Shown: positions 26,001 through 33,867 of the stretch, in pieces
How positions within the stretch are numbered: position 1 is the first letter of the stretch
Layout of the letters: each line of letters starts with the position of its first letter
Assembly (NCBI RefSeq): GCF_963921235.1
Contig: NC_086108.1
Coordinates: 111,292,001-111,356,000 of the forward strand
DNA: 64,000 bases
From: Mobula hypostoma
Lineage: Eukaryota
Reading direction: 5' to 3'
Position numbers and translations under genes: made by a program
The notes under the pieces: model-generated
What the model saw: only the letters and a program-made list of their open reading frames with translations
Database searches by the model: none
What the model was told of the DNA's origin: nothing

Positions 26001-29000
26001 GAACAAGAAATGATGGTGGCTTTATTCCATCAGAACTTTGAGGAGATTTGGAATGTCACCAAAACTGCTACAGATGCGCCATGGAGAGCATTCGAACTGG
26101 TGCATCACCCTCCGGTATGGAGGCCTCCAATGCACAGGTCTGGAAAAAGCTGCAGAGGGTCTTAAACTCAGCCAGCTCCATCGTGGGCACTAGCCTCCCC
26201 ACCACTGAAGATACCTTCAAGAGAGGATGTTTCAAGAAGGCAGATCTATCATTAAGGACTCTCACCACCCAGGACACACCCTCTCCTCATCACTGCCATT
26301 AAGGGGGAGGTACAGGAGCCTCAAGGTTCACACTCAGCATTTTAGGAACAGCTTCTTCTCCTCCGCTGTCAGATTTCTGAATGGATAATGAAGCCACAAA
26401 CATTTCGTTAGTAGTGTATTTCCTATTGCAATGGATAGTGATTGCTTATTATTATGTATTACGCTGTAGTCTTGCTGCAAAACAACAAATTTGATAATAC
26501 CTCAGTGAGAATAAAGCTGACACTGAGACTGTGAGGGTGGATGTTCCTTCTAAAGCTGTACACTGCGATGATTCTCTGATCTGCACAGTGGACTGGACAG
26601 AACTAAAGATGAAGAAACTCACTAGAGGGCAGTCAGTGCAGGTTTCTGAGTAGGAGGCTTCAAGGTTCTCCTCGGCCCTCTCTTGGCAATTGTTCATGTC
26701 CTTGGACTTTGTTATGGTCAGACGTTCTTTTCTCCTGTCCTCCTGAACGACGTACCTTGTATGGCAGGTTCCTCCAATTCCATCCTGCACAGGTGAAGGG
26801 CAAAGTAAGTTATTGTAGAAAAGAATTTCACACATCATGGAGTCATATAGTATGGAAACAGGCCATTTGGCCCAACTTATCCATTCTGTCAAAAGTGCCC
26901 ACCTATGGTGGTTCCATTTGCCTACATTTGGCCCAGAACTACCTAAACATTTCCTGTCCATTTACCTGTCCAAATGTCTTGTACACTTTAGTGTACTGGC
27001 CTCAACCACATCCTCTGGCAGCTTGTTCCACAGACGTACCTCCCTCTGAAAAAGTTACCTCTCAGGTCACCTTTAAATCTTTCCTCTATCACTTCAAACT
27101 ATTCCCAATAATTTTATACTCCCCTCTCCTGGGGAAAAGATACCGCTGTCAGATTCAGATTGATTAATTTATCACACGTACATTGAGACCTACAGTGAAA
27201 CACATCGTTTACATTACACATCCAACACTACCTAAGGATTTACTGGGGCCAGCCCAGAAGCATCACCACACATGGCATAACTACAGTGCTCGGGAGAGCA
27301 ACACAGAACACAACAAGCAACAAGGCAGCAACGCCAAAACAAGCTCTTATCTATGTCCCTTCTGGATTTTATAAAGTCACCTCTCAGCCTCCTTCACTCC
27401 AGGGAAAACAGTCCCAGCCATTGAAACCAGAAGAAATAGGGGCAGAATTAGGCCATCCTGCCCATCAAGTCTGCTCTGCCTCGATAATGGCTGGTTTATT
27501 TTGCCCTCTCAACACCATTCTCTTGCTTTCTGTCCATAACCAAAGCCTATTCACAATTTCCTACAGATGTTCCATGGAGAGTATTCTGACTGGTTGCATC
27601 ACAGTCTGGTATAGTTGGGGTGGGGGGCCACTGCACAGGATCAGTAAAAGCTGCAGAAAGCTGTCAACTCATCCAGCTCCATCATGGCCACAAGCCTCCC
27701 CAGTATGCAGGAGATCTTCAAAAGACGATGCCTTAAAAATGTGGATTCTATCATTGAGGACCCCCTTATTGCTTAGTCTCATTGCTACTGTCAGGGAGGA
27801 GGTCCAGGAAGCTGAGGATACACACTCAATGATTCAGGAACAGCTCCTTCCCCTCTGCCATTAGATTTCTGAATGGATAATGATTCCATAAACACTACCT
27901 CACTACTTTTATTCTCTTTTTGCACTAATTTAATTTAACCTCTAAAATATATATATTTACTGTAATTTACAGTTTTTATCATTATGTATTGCAATGTACT
28001 GCTGCAACAAATCAACAAATTTCATGACAGAGGTCAGCGATGTTAAACCAGTCTCACCTCATCTCCAAGTTTTTCTAAGCCTCACTAATCATATTCTTCC
28101 TTTAATCCTTCTGACTCTGATCAACTCTTACTCTTATATGATGAAGATGAACTTTTGATCTCTTCGATTACGTCATCGTGGACCTTATTGTCTGCCTGCA
28201 CTACACTTTCTCTGGAGCTGGAATGCTTTACTCTGCACTCTGTTTTGTTGTATTATGTCACTGTCCAGACTAATCCCTCTGTATGACACACAAACAAAAA
28301 AAAACCTTTCACTGTATCTCAATACATGTGACAAACCAATTAGCAATTACCAATTACCTATGTCCTTTAGATCTAGAGACCCTAACGCTGTGAAAAAATG
28401 ATGTGCATTTAATCGAGACAGCGTGTATTTCATGTATATAACAGGCCCTTCAGCCCACAATGTTGTGCTGGCCCTTTAACCTTAACCAAGATCAATCTAA
28501 CCCTCCCACATAGCTCACCATTTTTCATTTATCCATGTGCCCATCTCAGAGTCTCTGAAATGTCCCTAATGTGTCTTCCTCTGCCACCTCCCTGGCAGTG
28601 TATTCCACACACTCACCACTCTCTGTGCAAAGAACTTAACTCTGGCATTCCCCCATACTTTCCACCCATTACCTTCAAATTGTCCCCTTGAATTAGCCAT
28701 ATTTCTCCCACCTCTGCAGATTCATGTACCTATCTGAGAGAACTTTACAGCATGTTGTGCTGACCTTTTAACCTAGTCTAAGATCAAATCTAACCTTTCC
28801 CTTCACATAGACTCCATTTTTCTAACATCCATGTGTCTAAGAGTTTATTAAATGTCCTTAATCTACCCTTTTTCCTTCTACACAGCCCAAAACCAGAAGT
28901 GTAGAGATGGAAAGCAGATGGTTACCTCCTGTAAATCATAGAAGTTCTGCGACTTTTTGATGGTGATCTGGAAGAGGTTGATAATGCCTTTGTGAATGTT

Positions 29001-32000
29001 CAGGATGCTGCTAGGCAGGCTAGCTGGTGAGTAGATGGCTCCCACCCGTCCACTATTATACTCGAACTTCACGGGCTTGGTCAACTGTACAGCCCATCGT
29101 GCAGTCAACTTCCGGGCAGAGGTGAATGGATCTTTCGGCCAAATCCCAGTGAGCTCTTGAATCCAAGGATCTACAATCTGAGAAAGCAGGTTGCGCTTAG
29201 TGAAAGCTAAACAAGCTTTTGACTCCACACTTTAGGGTCAAACTGTTACACATAGAGTCGTGGAACACTACAGTAAAGAAACAGGCCCCTCTGCCGATCT
29301 GGTATATGCCAAACTTGTTTTCGGCCTAGTTCCATCTACCTGCACCCAGACCAAAGGCTTTTATAACGCTTTTATCAACTACCTATCCAAACTTCCCTTG
29401 AGTTTGTCATTTGCTACTTTGGCTGTGGGAAGTTAAGCTTGAATTGGGCTTCCAATTTTCCATAACACTTCCCATTCCAAATCCTCTTCACTGAACTTTG
29501 CCTGGTCTGGCTACTGCCCTTTAGTGCATCACTTGATTAAGTTATCTTTGGCATTATAGAGCCATATAATAGAGAAACAGGCCATCAAGACAGTGCTCAC
29601 TATCAAGCATCTGCTATACTCAACTCATTTACCAAGACATTATGATGTAGTATTTATTTATTTATTTTTATTTTATTTAGAGATACAGCACAAAGCAGGC
29701 CCTCCGGGGCCCAGACACACTGCCCTGCTGCCCACCTATTTAACTCTAACCTAATTATAGGACAATTTACAATGACCAATTTCCCTGCTAACCCGTATGT
29801 CTTCGGACCATGGGAGGAAACCAGAGCTCCTGTAGGATTCCCACACAGTTTATGGGGAGAATGTACAAACTCCTTATGGATGGTGCCGGAATTGAACTCT
29901 GACCTCCTGAACTCCTGAGCTGTAATAGTGTCATGCTAACCACTACACTACTGTTGGCAAGCTTCCAGACCTGGGTCTCTGTACCTCCCTCGGCAACTAG
30001 ATCCTCAACTTCGTCATCAGCAGCCCTCCGAAATTGAGGATCAGTTGCCACACCTGAACGTTGACCAGCGACACAGGTACTTCTCCAGGCTCGTGTTGGT
30101 TCCCTGCTCCACTCTCTATACGCACGTGTGATTGTGTGGTTAAATACACCTTCAAAGCTGACTTCAAATTTGCCAAGGATACTAACAATGGACACATCAC
30201 CAGCGGTGATGAGCCCGTTTACCAGAGTAAGATAGGCTGCCAGATTGAGTGGTGTTGCGACTACAGCCTCTTGCTTAATATCAGCAAAACTAGAGAGGTG
30301 ATTGTTGACCCAGGAGGGGAAAGGAGGGTGAGCATACACAAATCTATATTGGGGAATTATCAGTCAGCAGCCTTAAACTCCTGGGTATTAACACATCAGA
30401 TGACCTGCCCTGGGTCTGGCACACAGATACAAACACAGGGAAGGTGTACCAGCACCTTTACTTCCTTAGGGGGTTACGGAGGTTTGGCTTGTCACAAAAC
30501 AGGCCAACAAACTTCTACAGATGTACAGTTGAAGTAGAACTGGTTGCTTCATGGTTTGGTACAGGAATTCAAAATGTGCAGGAGCATCGGGAGTGCAGAG
30601 AGTGGTGGACTTTGCTTGATACACCACAGGCACATCCCTCCCCACCATTGGACATATCTACAGTCAGCGCTGCCTCAAGAAGGCAAGATCCATCATTAAA
30701 GATCCCCTCCATCTGAGCCGTGCCATTGTCTCACAGCTCCCATCATTCAGGAGGTACAAAGGCTGCTTCCCTTCAACCATTTGGTTCCTGAACCAACCAG
30801 CACAACCCTAACCACTACAATGTAGCAACACCGTGACAAGTTCAAACACTTTACACTGAAAATGGGCAGTTTTTGTTCTGATTGTGATCTTTCTTGTATA
30901 ATCCGTTTCAGTTCTGTTTTCCTGTGAACACTGCCTGTCTGACACTCTGTGCCCGTGACACTGCTGCAGGTAAGTTTTTCATTGCACCTGTGCATATGAC
31001 AATAAACTTGACTTTGCTAGCGAGAAGATCAAATATCATATACCTAAATTTGCTGTTAGCACTGTGTGGGCGGTGAGGAAGACGCAGGAATCTTTCAAGG
31101 GGGATTGCTGAGGCAAAAAGTGGGAGGCAGAACAAGATGTGGCATTATTCAGAGGGAAGGAAAAAGTGAATGATCTTGTAAGTACTGAGAGACCGAGAAC
31201 TGTTGGAGGGACTCAGAGTGCCCTTGTACACATACGCACCAGGACATAGATTTAAGGCCTGAAGTGAGGGATTCGAAAGAGAAACCAGGGGCAGCCACTT
31301 CTCAAAAAGGGTGCTGCATATTATAGGAAACATCTTCCCCACATCCACGATATCCAGAACCTGTCACTAATGCTCTTTATCTGTGATGCTGCACCTGTAC
31401 ATACACGGACCTGTGCATAGGACAATAAACTCAGCTTTGGTCTTAGATGGAGCTCGCCCATCCATTTTGACAGATCAAGATTTGCAGTGAGCTGGACTTA
31501 CTTGCAGAAGGTACTGCCTCTGTCCGATGCCCCTGATTTTCACTTTACTGCTTAACCTCACGCCAGCTTTGGTCAATCCTCTTTCAGGCAGCCCAGTCAG
31601 AATCACTCCTTCGTACCTGTAGGTGTGCAGGCTGTTTTCGGAGAACGTGGGGTCTGTGCAAGGAGAAACAGGAAGTGTCATATCAGCTTAAATCAAATCT
31701 GCCAGAAAGGCTATGACATTTTGAGGAGGCCCTGCACTGGTCGGGGTTGACCGCAGATGTTGCATTCTGGCCATTATAGCCAGTATGCAAGCCTGGGCAG
31801 TACGATACGAAGAGCAAGCTGTTGCTTATGCAGCAAGCTTCCCTTTTCCACATAGCTGATGAATCCAAAGGGACGGCAGAGACTGACACAGTTTGGCACC
31901 AGCATGTTGGAAGAGTTACCGGTCAACATTGAACTCAATGTCAGACTGCCCTAGGGACTCCAGCTCATCAAGATTTTTCTTCAGAGTTTACTCCTGAAGC

Positions 32001-32523
32001 CTTCCCCACGGGTGGGTATTGCCACAAGGCAGCGGAGATTGGAGATCAGAGTTTCCCTTCTCCGAGATGAGCTGCCAACCACGGCTTACAAGCCAGATCT
32101 GCCCAGAGCAACAGATTTAAGGTGCCAGTAACCCATCTTTCCCCCTTCTCCTGCTAATAGAAATGGTTTCACCAGGCTTAGTAGTGAAGCTACACGTGAG
32201 GGCCAGGAGCTGGACTTGGTTGTAAAAGAGGTTATTTGATATGCATACCATTGAGAGCATTTAATAGGTAGTGGGAGCTTGTCCCCACTATGACAACCTT
32301 AAGAAACTGCATGACAACTTTAAGTTTATGACATTAGAGAAGAGGAAGTAGATACGTACCATATCTGCTTGTATGTTCACTCCCTGGAAAGAAAGTAACA
32401 AGCAGAGATGAGCATCAGAAATGAATGAATGTTCATAAGTTTAGATCCAAAAGTTTGCAAAGTAGTTTAAAGCCTTAACTTACCCACTAGGGCAAGAGCC
32501 AACAAGAAGATGATGGACTTCAT
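1907..32523 (-). CDS. vtg: Vitellogenin gene, coding exons 1-22 (signal peptide + lipovitellin heavy chain); continues beyond the left edge
   Basis: 22 exons with GT-AG boundaries and matching phases join into 1080 stop-free codons. Vtg motifs: MKSIIFLLALALVG, YRYEGVILTGLP, KFEYNSGRVG, TKSKDMNNC, LKAIGNAG, EKIVLEIQTG. Paralog identity not determinable here. Confidence 0.96.
2142..2732. mobile_element. Palindromic Tc1/mariner-type MITE with an inserted Penelope fragment
   Basis: TIR aggggtgattgataagttcgtg / cacgaacttatcaatcacccct followed by TA; about 200-bp inverted arms; TIR motif repeated internally. Confidence 0.8.
2429..2520 (-). mobile_element. Penelope-like 3' fragment with 14-bp TSD
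   Basis: aactgtataaatca at 2415-2428 and 2521-2534; same sequence as 21960-22050. Confidence 0.8.
3367..3583 (-). CDS. vtg: vtg exon 21 (VTPETLSDQIPC...PLYQLIG...TTSP)
   Basis: Overlaps ORF 3254..3481; cag/gtaagg; 217 nt. Confidence 0.88.
4328..4478 (-). CDS. vtg: vtg exon 20 (SQFVAISRNIE...DDSIV)
   Basis: Within ORF 4172..4504; cag/gtaagt; 151 nt. Confidence 0.9.
5024..5209 (-). CDS. vtg: vtg exon 19 (VHLYSRGYIGIN...RVFTV)
   Basis: Within ORF 5020..5226; cag/gtgagt; 186 nt. Confidence 0.9.
5308..5392 (-). CDS. vtg: vtg exon 18 (EARSDPAIT...KARWAA)
   Basis: cag/gtattc; 85 nt; phase 1-2 fits its neighbours. Confidence 0.87.
5490..5795 (-). mobile_element. tRNA-derived SINE with RTE-like tail
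   Basis: Minus-strand head ggcacgtggccaagtggttaaggcg...gttcgagcc (A and B boxes); gtgtccttgagcaaggcactt core. Confidence 0.7.
6528..6660 (-). mobile_element. Rex1/Babar-like LINE, 3' UTR and tail only
   Basis: (agtcat)n-actttat...; reverse complement of the same 3' UTR. Confidence 0.85.
7409..8333 (+). mobile_element. Rex1/Babar-like LINE, 5'-truncated, RT C-half open (ORF 7432..8217)
   Basis: GAPQGTVLSPFLFTIYT, KFSD(G)SAIVG, LNVKKTKELVVD, YKYLG motifs; tatgac tail. Confidence 0.88.
8484..8667 (-). CDS. vtg: vtg exon 17 (YLTAPLG...ELRYVVPSTVGFPLE...AKGT)
   Basis: Overlaps ORF 8413..8664; cag/gtaaga; 184 nt. Confidence 0.9.
8748..8867 (-). CDS. vtg: vtg exon 16 (IVNWKDVP...LASAYTKVLGQE...AFGK)
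   Basis: Within ORF 8703..8900; cag/gtaccg; 120 nt. Confidence 0.9.
8953..9054 (-). CDS. vtg: vtg exon 15 (VGLRAEGLQDFIMK...RILSK)
   Basis: aag acceptor, gtgaga donor; 102 nt; G.R.EG.Q motif. Confidence 0.9.
9144..9268 (-). CDS. vtg: vtg exon 14 (QLMAGLSG...SDILE)
   Basis: Overlaps ORF 9057..9260; cag/gtaatt; 125 nt. Confidence 0.9.
9507..10318. mobile_element. Penelope-like element, inverted (fold-back) arrangement, GIY-YIG C-terminal remnant
   Basis: ORF 9759..10058 ETRRRLGDRFVEH...HF...RLEEQHLIYRLGSLQPLGMN; about 9600-9805 inverted relative to 10105-10315; TSD-like gctccttgt(g/a)gt. Confidence 0.85.
9602..9638 (-). ncRNA. Minimal type I hammerhead ribozyme motif (same strand as vtg)
   Basis: Reverse complement AGUC-CUGACGA-A-GGG(UUCCGG)CCC-GAAA-CGUC-GACU. 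Confidence 0.75.
10650..11470 (+). mobile_element. Older Rex/L2-like LINE RT fragment
   Basis: YKFADDTTIVG, LNLSKPKELVMGFR, FKFL motifs; related remnants near 3650-4170, 26000-26530, 27540-28050, 29955-31010, 48830-49380. Confidence 0.7.
11964..12061 (-). CDS. vtg: vtg exon 13 (SSACKLALNLLSPKL...EDKFL)
   Basis: Within ORF 11671..12159; tag/gtaagt; 98 nt. Confidence 0.92.
12457..12830 (-). mobile_element. Tx1/L1-clade LINE 3' fragment with A-rich tail
   Basis: EECC...EQVLRDTGKLSAAFARAWWGK resembles Tx1-type ORF2 C-termini; aataaa and A tract on the minus strand. Confidence 0.6.
13638..13855 (-). CDS. vtg: vtg exon 12 (VQRISMQLF...LQVASFTYSH...DLYQL)
   Basis: Overlaps ORF 13634..13840; tag/gtaagt; 218 nt. 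Confidence 0.93.
14477..14568. repeat. 42-bp tandem repeat, about 2.2 copies
   Basis: cctagtg at 14477, 14519 and 14561. Confidence 0.85.
15234..15660 (+). mobile_element. Young CR1 3' end (same family as 59731-63145) nested in a Penelope remnant
   Basis: LESMHYDQRLRELGLYSLE...MEEFKV nearly identical to the C-terminus of ORF 59797..60798. Confidence 0.87.
16045..16263 (-). CDS. vtg: vtg exon 11 (PLHNLL...LKAIGNAGQPASIK...KDPKT)
   Basis: Overlaps ORF 16012..16260; cag/gtacgg; 219 nt. Confidence 0.93.
17283..18130 (-). mobile_element. Rex1/Babar-like LINE, 5'-truncated
   Basis: ORF 17434..17808 is the same family; agtcat tail at left. Confidence 0.87.
18423..18548 (-). CDS. vtg: vtg exon 10 (DIIELIV...YGSLVYRFC...DDILK)
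   Basis: Within ORF 18360..18581; cag/gtgagc; 126 nt. Confidence 0.92.
18650..19610 (+). mobile_element. CR1 LINE RT fragment in vtg intron 9
   Basis: ORFs 18783..19064, 19125..19310, 19371..19685. Confidence 0.85.
19777..19942 (-). CDS. vtg: vtg exon 9 (RWFIEVLPAVGT...VITLAL)
   Basis: Within ORF 19738..19977; tag/gtgagt; 166 nt. Confidence 0.92.
20001..20017. promoter_or_regulatory. Overlapping ERE (AGGTCActtTGACGT) and CRE (TGACGTCA) in vtg intron 8
   Basis: 1 mismatch to the 15-bp ERE consensus; perfect CRE palindrome at 20010-20017. Confidence 0.45.
20905..21555 (+). mobile_element. Tc1-like DNA transposon remnant (N-terminal paired/HTH domain), internally deleted
   Basis: ORFs 20969..21271 (GLSISEIADLLGFSHTTVSRVYKEW) and 21283..21486 (RRLARLVQADRKVTVTQIT...MGYSSRR); TIR-like ctaataaagtggctactgagt at the right end. 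Confidence 0.82.
21676..21833 (-). CDS. vtg: vtg exon 8 (IKETLNHIAKHN...DAPSKFLELIQLLR...TELR)
   Basis: Translated by hand; tag/gtaggc; 158 nt. Confidence 0.92.
22021..22056 (-). ncRNA. Minimal type I hammerhead ribozyme motif (same strand as vtg)
   Basis: Reverse complement AGUC-CUGACGA-AGGG(UCUCGG)CCU-GAAA-CGUC-GACU. Confidence 0.7.
22686..22721 (+). ncRNA. Minimal type I hammerhead ribozyme motif in Penelope pseudo-LTR
   Basis: AGUC-CUGAAGA-A-GGG(UCUCGG)CCC-GAAA-CGUC/GACU: core boxes, helix II, helix I AGUC:GACU, palindromic ACGU helix III. Confidence 0.75.
23636..24162 (+). mobile_element. Rex1/Babar-like LINE, 5'-truncated
   Basis: ORF 23638..24009 is the same family; ends about 45 bp from the vtg exon 7 donor. 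Confidence 0.87.
24206..24353 (-). CDS. vtg: vtg exon 7 (QSLILEHIT...EQNLVQK)
   Basis: Translated by hand; tag/gtaatt; 148 nt. Confidence 0.9.
24840..24979 (-). CDS. vtg: vtg exon 6 (RHTQGSQ...EVRVDAR)
   Basis: Within ORF 24836..25030; cag/gtaggc; 140 nt, ends in phase 2. Confidence 0.88.
25332..25685 (+). mobile_element. Rex1/Babar-like LINE 3' fragment nested in a CR1 3' end
   Basis: ORF 25334..25549; CR1-like sequence continues on both sides. Confidence 0.85.
26623..26784 (-). CDS. vtg: vtg exon 5 (DGIGGTCHTRY...TKSKDMNNC...CTDCPL)
   Basis: Within ORF 26452..26961; cag/gtgagt; 162 nt. Confidence 0.93.
28926..29177 (-). CDS. vtg: vtg exon 4 (IVDPWIQEL...NFYDLQE)
   Basis: Within ORF 28878..29228; cag/gtaacc; 252 nt. 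Confidence 0.93.
31502..31653 (-). CDS. vtg: vtg exon 3 (DPTFSENSLHTYRYEG...QYLLQ)
   Basis: Within ORF 31475..31681; cag/gtaagt; 152 nt. Confidence 0.93.
31700..32290 (-). mobile_element. RTE-related non-coding element in vtg intron 2; second copy at about 40120-41040 in opposite orientation
   Basis: Shared blocks gaagccttcccca, gagatcagagtttYccttctcc, cagtttggcaccagc between the two loci; family assignment tentative. Confidence 0.6.
32360..32383 (-). CDS. vtg: vtg exon 2 (24-nt microexon, GSEHTSRY)
   Basis: tttctttccag acceptor, gtacgt donor, phase 1-1 linking exons 1 and 3. Confidence 0.85.
32484..32523 (-). CDS. vtg: vtg exon 1 coding part (MKSIIFLLALALV-G, signal peptide)
   Basis: ATG at 32523, 40 nt, donor GTAAGT; TATA-like motif about 33 nt upstream of the ATG. 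Confidence 0.93.
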
Positions 32524-32555
32524 GTCGAAATTGAGTTCTGTTAGGTTTGCCTCCG

Positions 32556-32563
32556 AATATATA
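32556..32563 (-). promoter_or_regulatory. vtg TATA box (TATATATT)
   Basis: 33-40 nt upstream of the ATG, consistent with the very short 5' UTR of vertebrate vtg genes. Confidence 0.8.
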
Positions 32564-32689
32564 GCCGCCGTCACTGGGTCAGGTGATCACTAGCGATCAC
32601 CAGGGCTGCTGAGTAATCTTATCAGAATCAAAGTCCATCATTTTGGAACAAATGGATCTATTTGAAATAAATATTGAAGAGAAGAAAAC

Positions 32690-32702
32690 GGTCAATTGGA
32701 CT
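32690..32702. promoter_or_regulatory. Imperfect ERE candidate (GGTCAattGGACT)
   Basis: One perfect half-site plus a 2-mismatch half-site with 3-nt spacer, about 170 bp upstream of the ATG. Confidence 0.4.
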
Positions 32703-32844
32703 ACCAACTATTGAGTCTCCCTACATAAATTTGTCAGCCTCACTTCAGCTTAGTGAAATAATTCTGCAATGAAATTTTTTAATGAAAGTAACTTTAACTA
32801 AGTTAACCATCAGTGGATGATATTTGACATCATGTGACCCAAAA

Positions 32845-32857
32845 GTTCACGGTGACT
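32845..32857. promoter_or_regulatory. Imperfect ERE candidate (GTTCAcggTGACT)
   Basis: 2 mismatches to GGTCAnnnTGACC, about 320 bp upstream of the vtg ATG in non-repeat DNA. Confidence 0.5.
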
Positions 32858-33867
32858 GAATGAGATCAAGATAATCTGGTGCTTATCAGCCTGGTGACAA
32901 GGTGACATGCAGTATTGACTTTGTTAAGATTTGCATTGGATTGAAATTATCTTTTTGAAAACACAAACAGATGGAGCCAATACCCCTCAGTCTCGTATCC
33001 AACAGGAATGTGGGCAATCTTAAGCACATAAAACATGGAACATTACAGAGCAATACAGGCCCCTGGACCAGAGAGGGCATAACCTCGCAACAGAGCGACA
33101 TCCTTTCAGAACAGAGAAGAGGAGGAATTTCTTTAACCAGAGGGTGGTGAATCTGTAGAATTCATTGCCACACACAGCTGTGGAGGCCAAGTCAATGGGT
33201 ACATTTAAAGTGGAGGTTGATGGATTCTTCATTAGTTTGGGTGTCAAAGGTTACAGAGAGAAGGTAGGAGAATGGGGTTGAGAAGGAAAATATGGTGGTT
33301 TAGCAGTGAATGTGATGTGATTGCAGCTCGAGGCATCAGAGTTCTGAGTTCAACCCTGGCATACTCCGTAAGGAGTCTGTATAGTCTGTGTGCCCTCTCC
33401 GTGGAAAGTATAGGCTTTCTCTGGATGCTTGGGCCTTCTCCCACAGTCCAAAGACGTAATCATTAGAAGGTTAATTAGTGATTATAAATTGTGCTGTGAT
33501 TAGATTAGGGTTAATCTGGGAATTGTTGGGCTGGTTTCCCTCCTGCACCACCATGGATAAGAGTCCTACACATTGTACAGATCTACTGATACATACTGTG
33601 CTGTACCATTGCCGCAAAACAACAAACTTCCTGACATACATTCGTCACGTTAAAGCTGATTCAGATTCTGATTTAGAACTCAAGGTTGTCAGTTAAAGAA
33701 AGACACAATTAGAATAGACAGCAACCGCTTCGCCACAATGATTCTGAACAAAGCAGCTCCACAGGGTTGCATCCTGCACCCTGTGTGGCCAGGTACAGCT
33801 CTAACTCCATCTGCAAAGGGAAAAGTCTACGCAAGCTGAAAGGCCTTAAGGTGGTAAAATCACAGAG

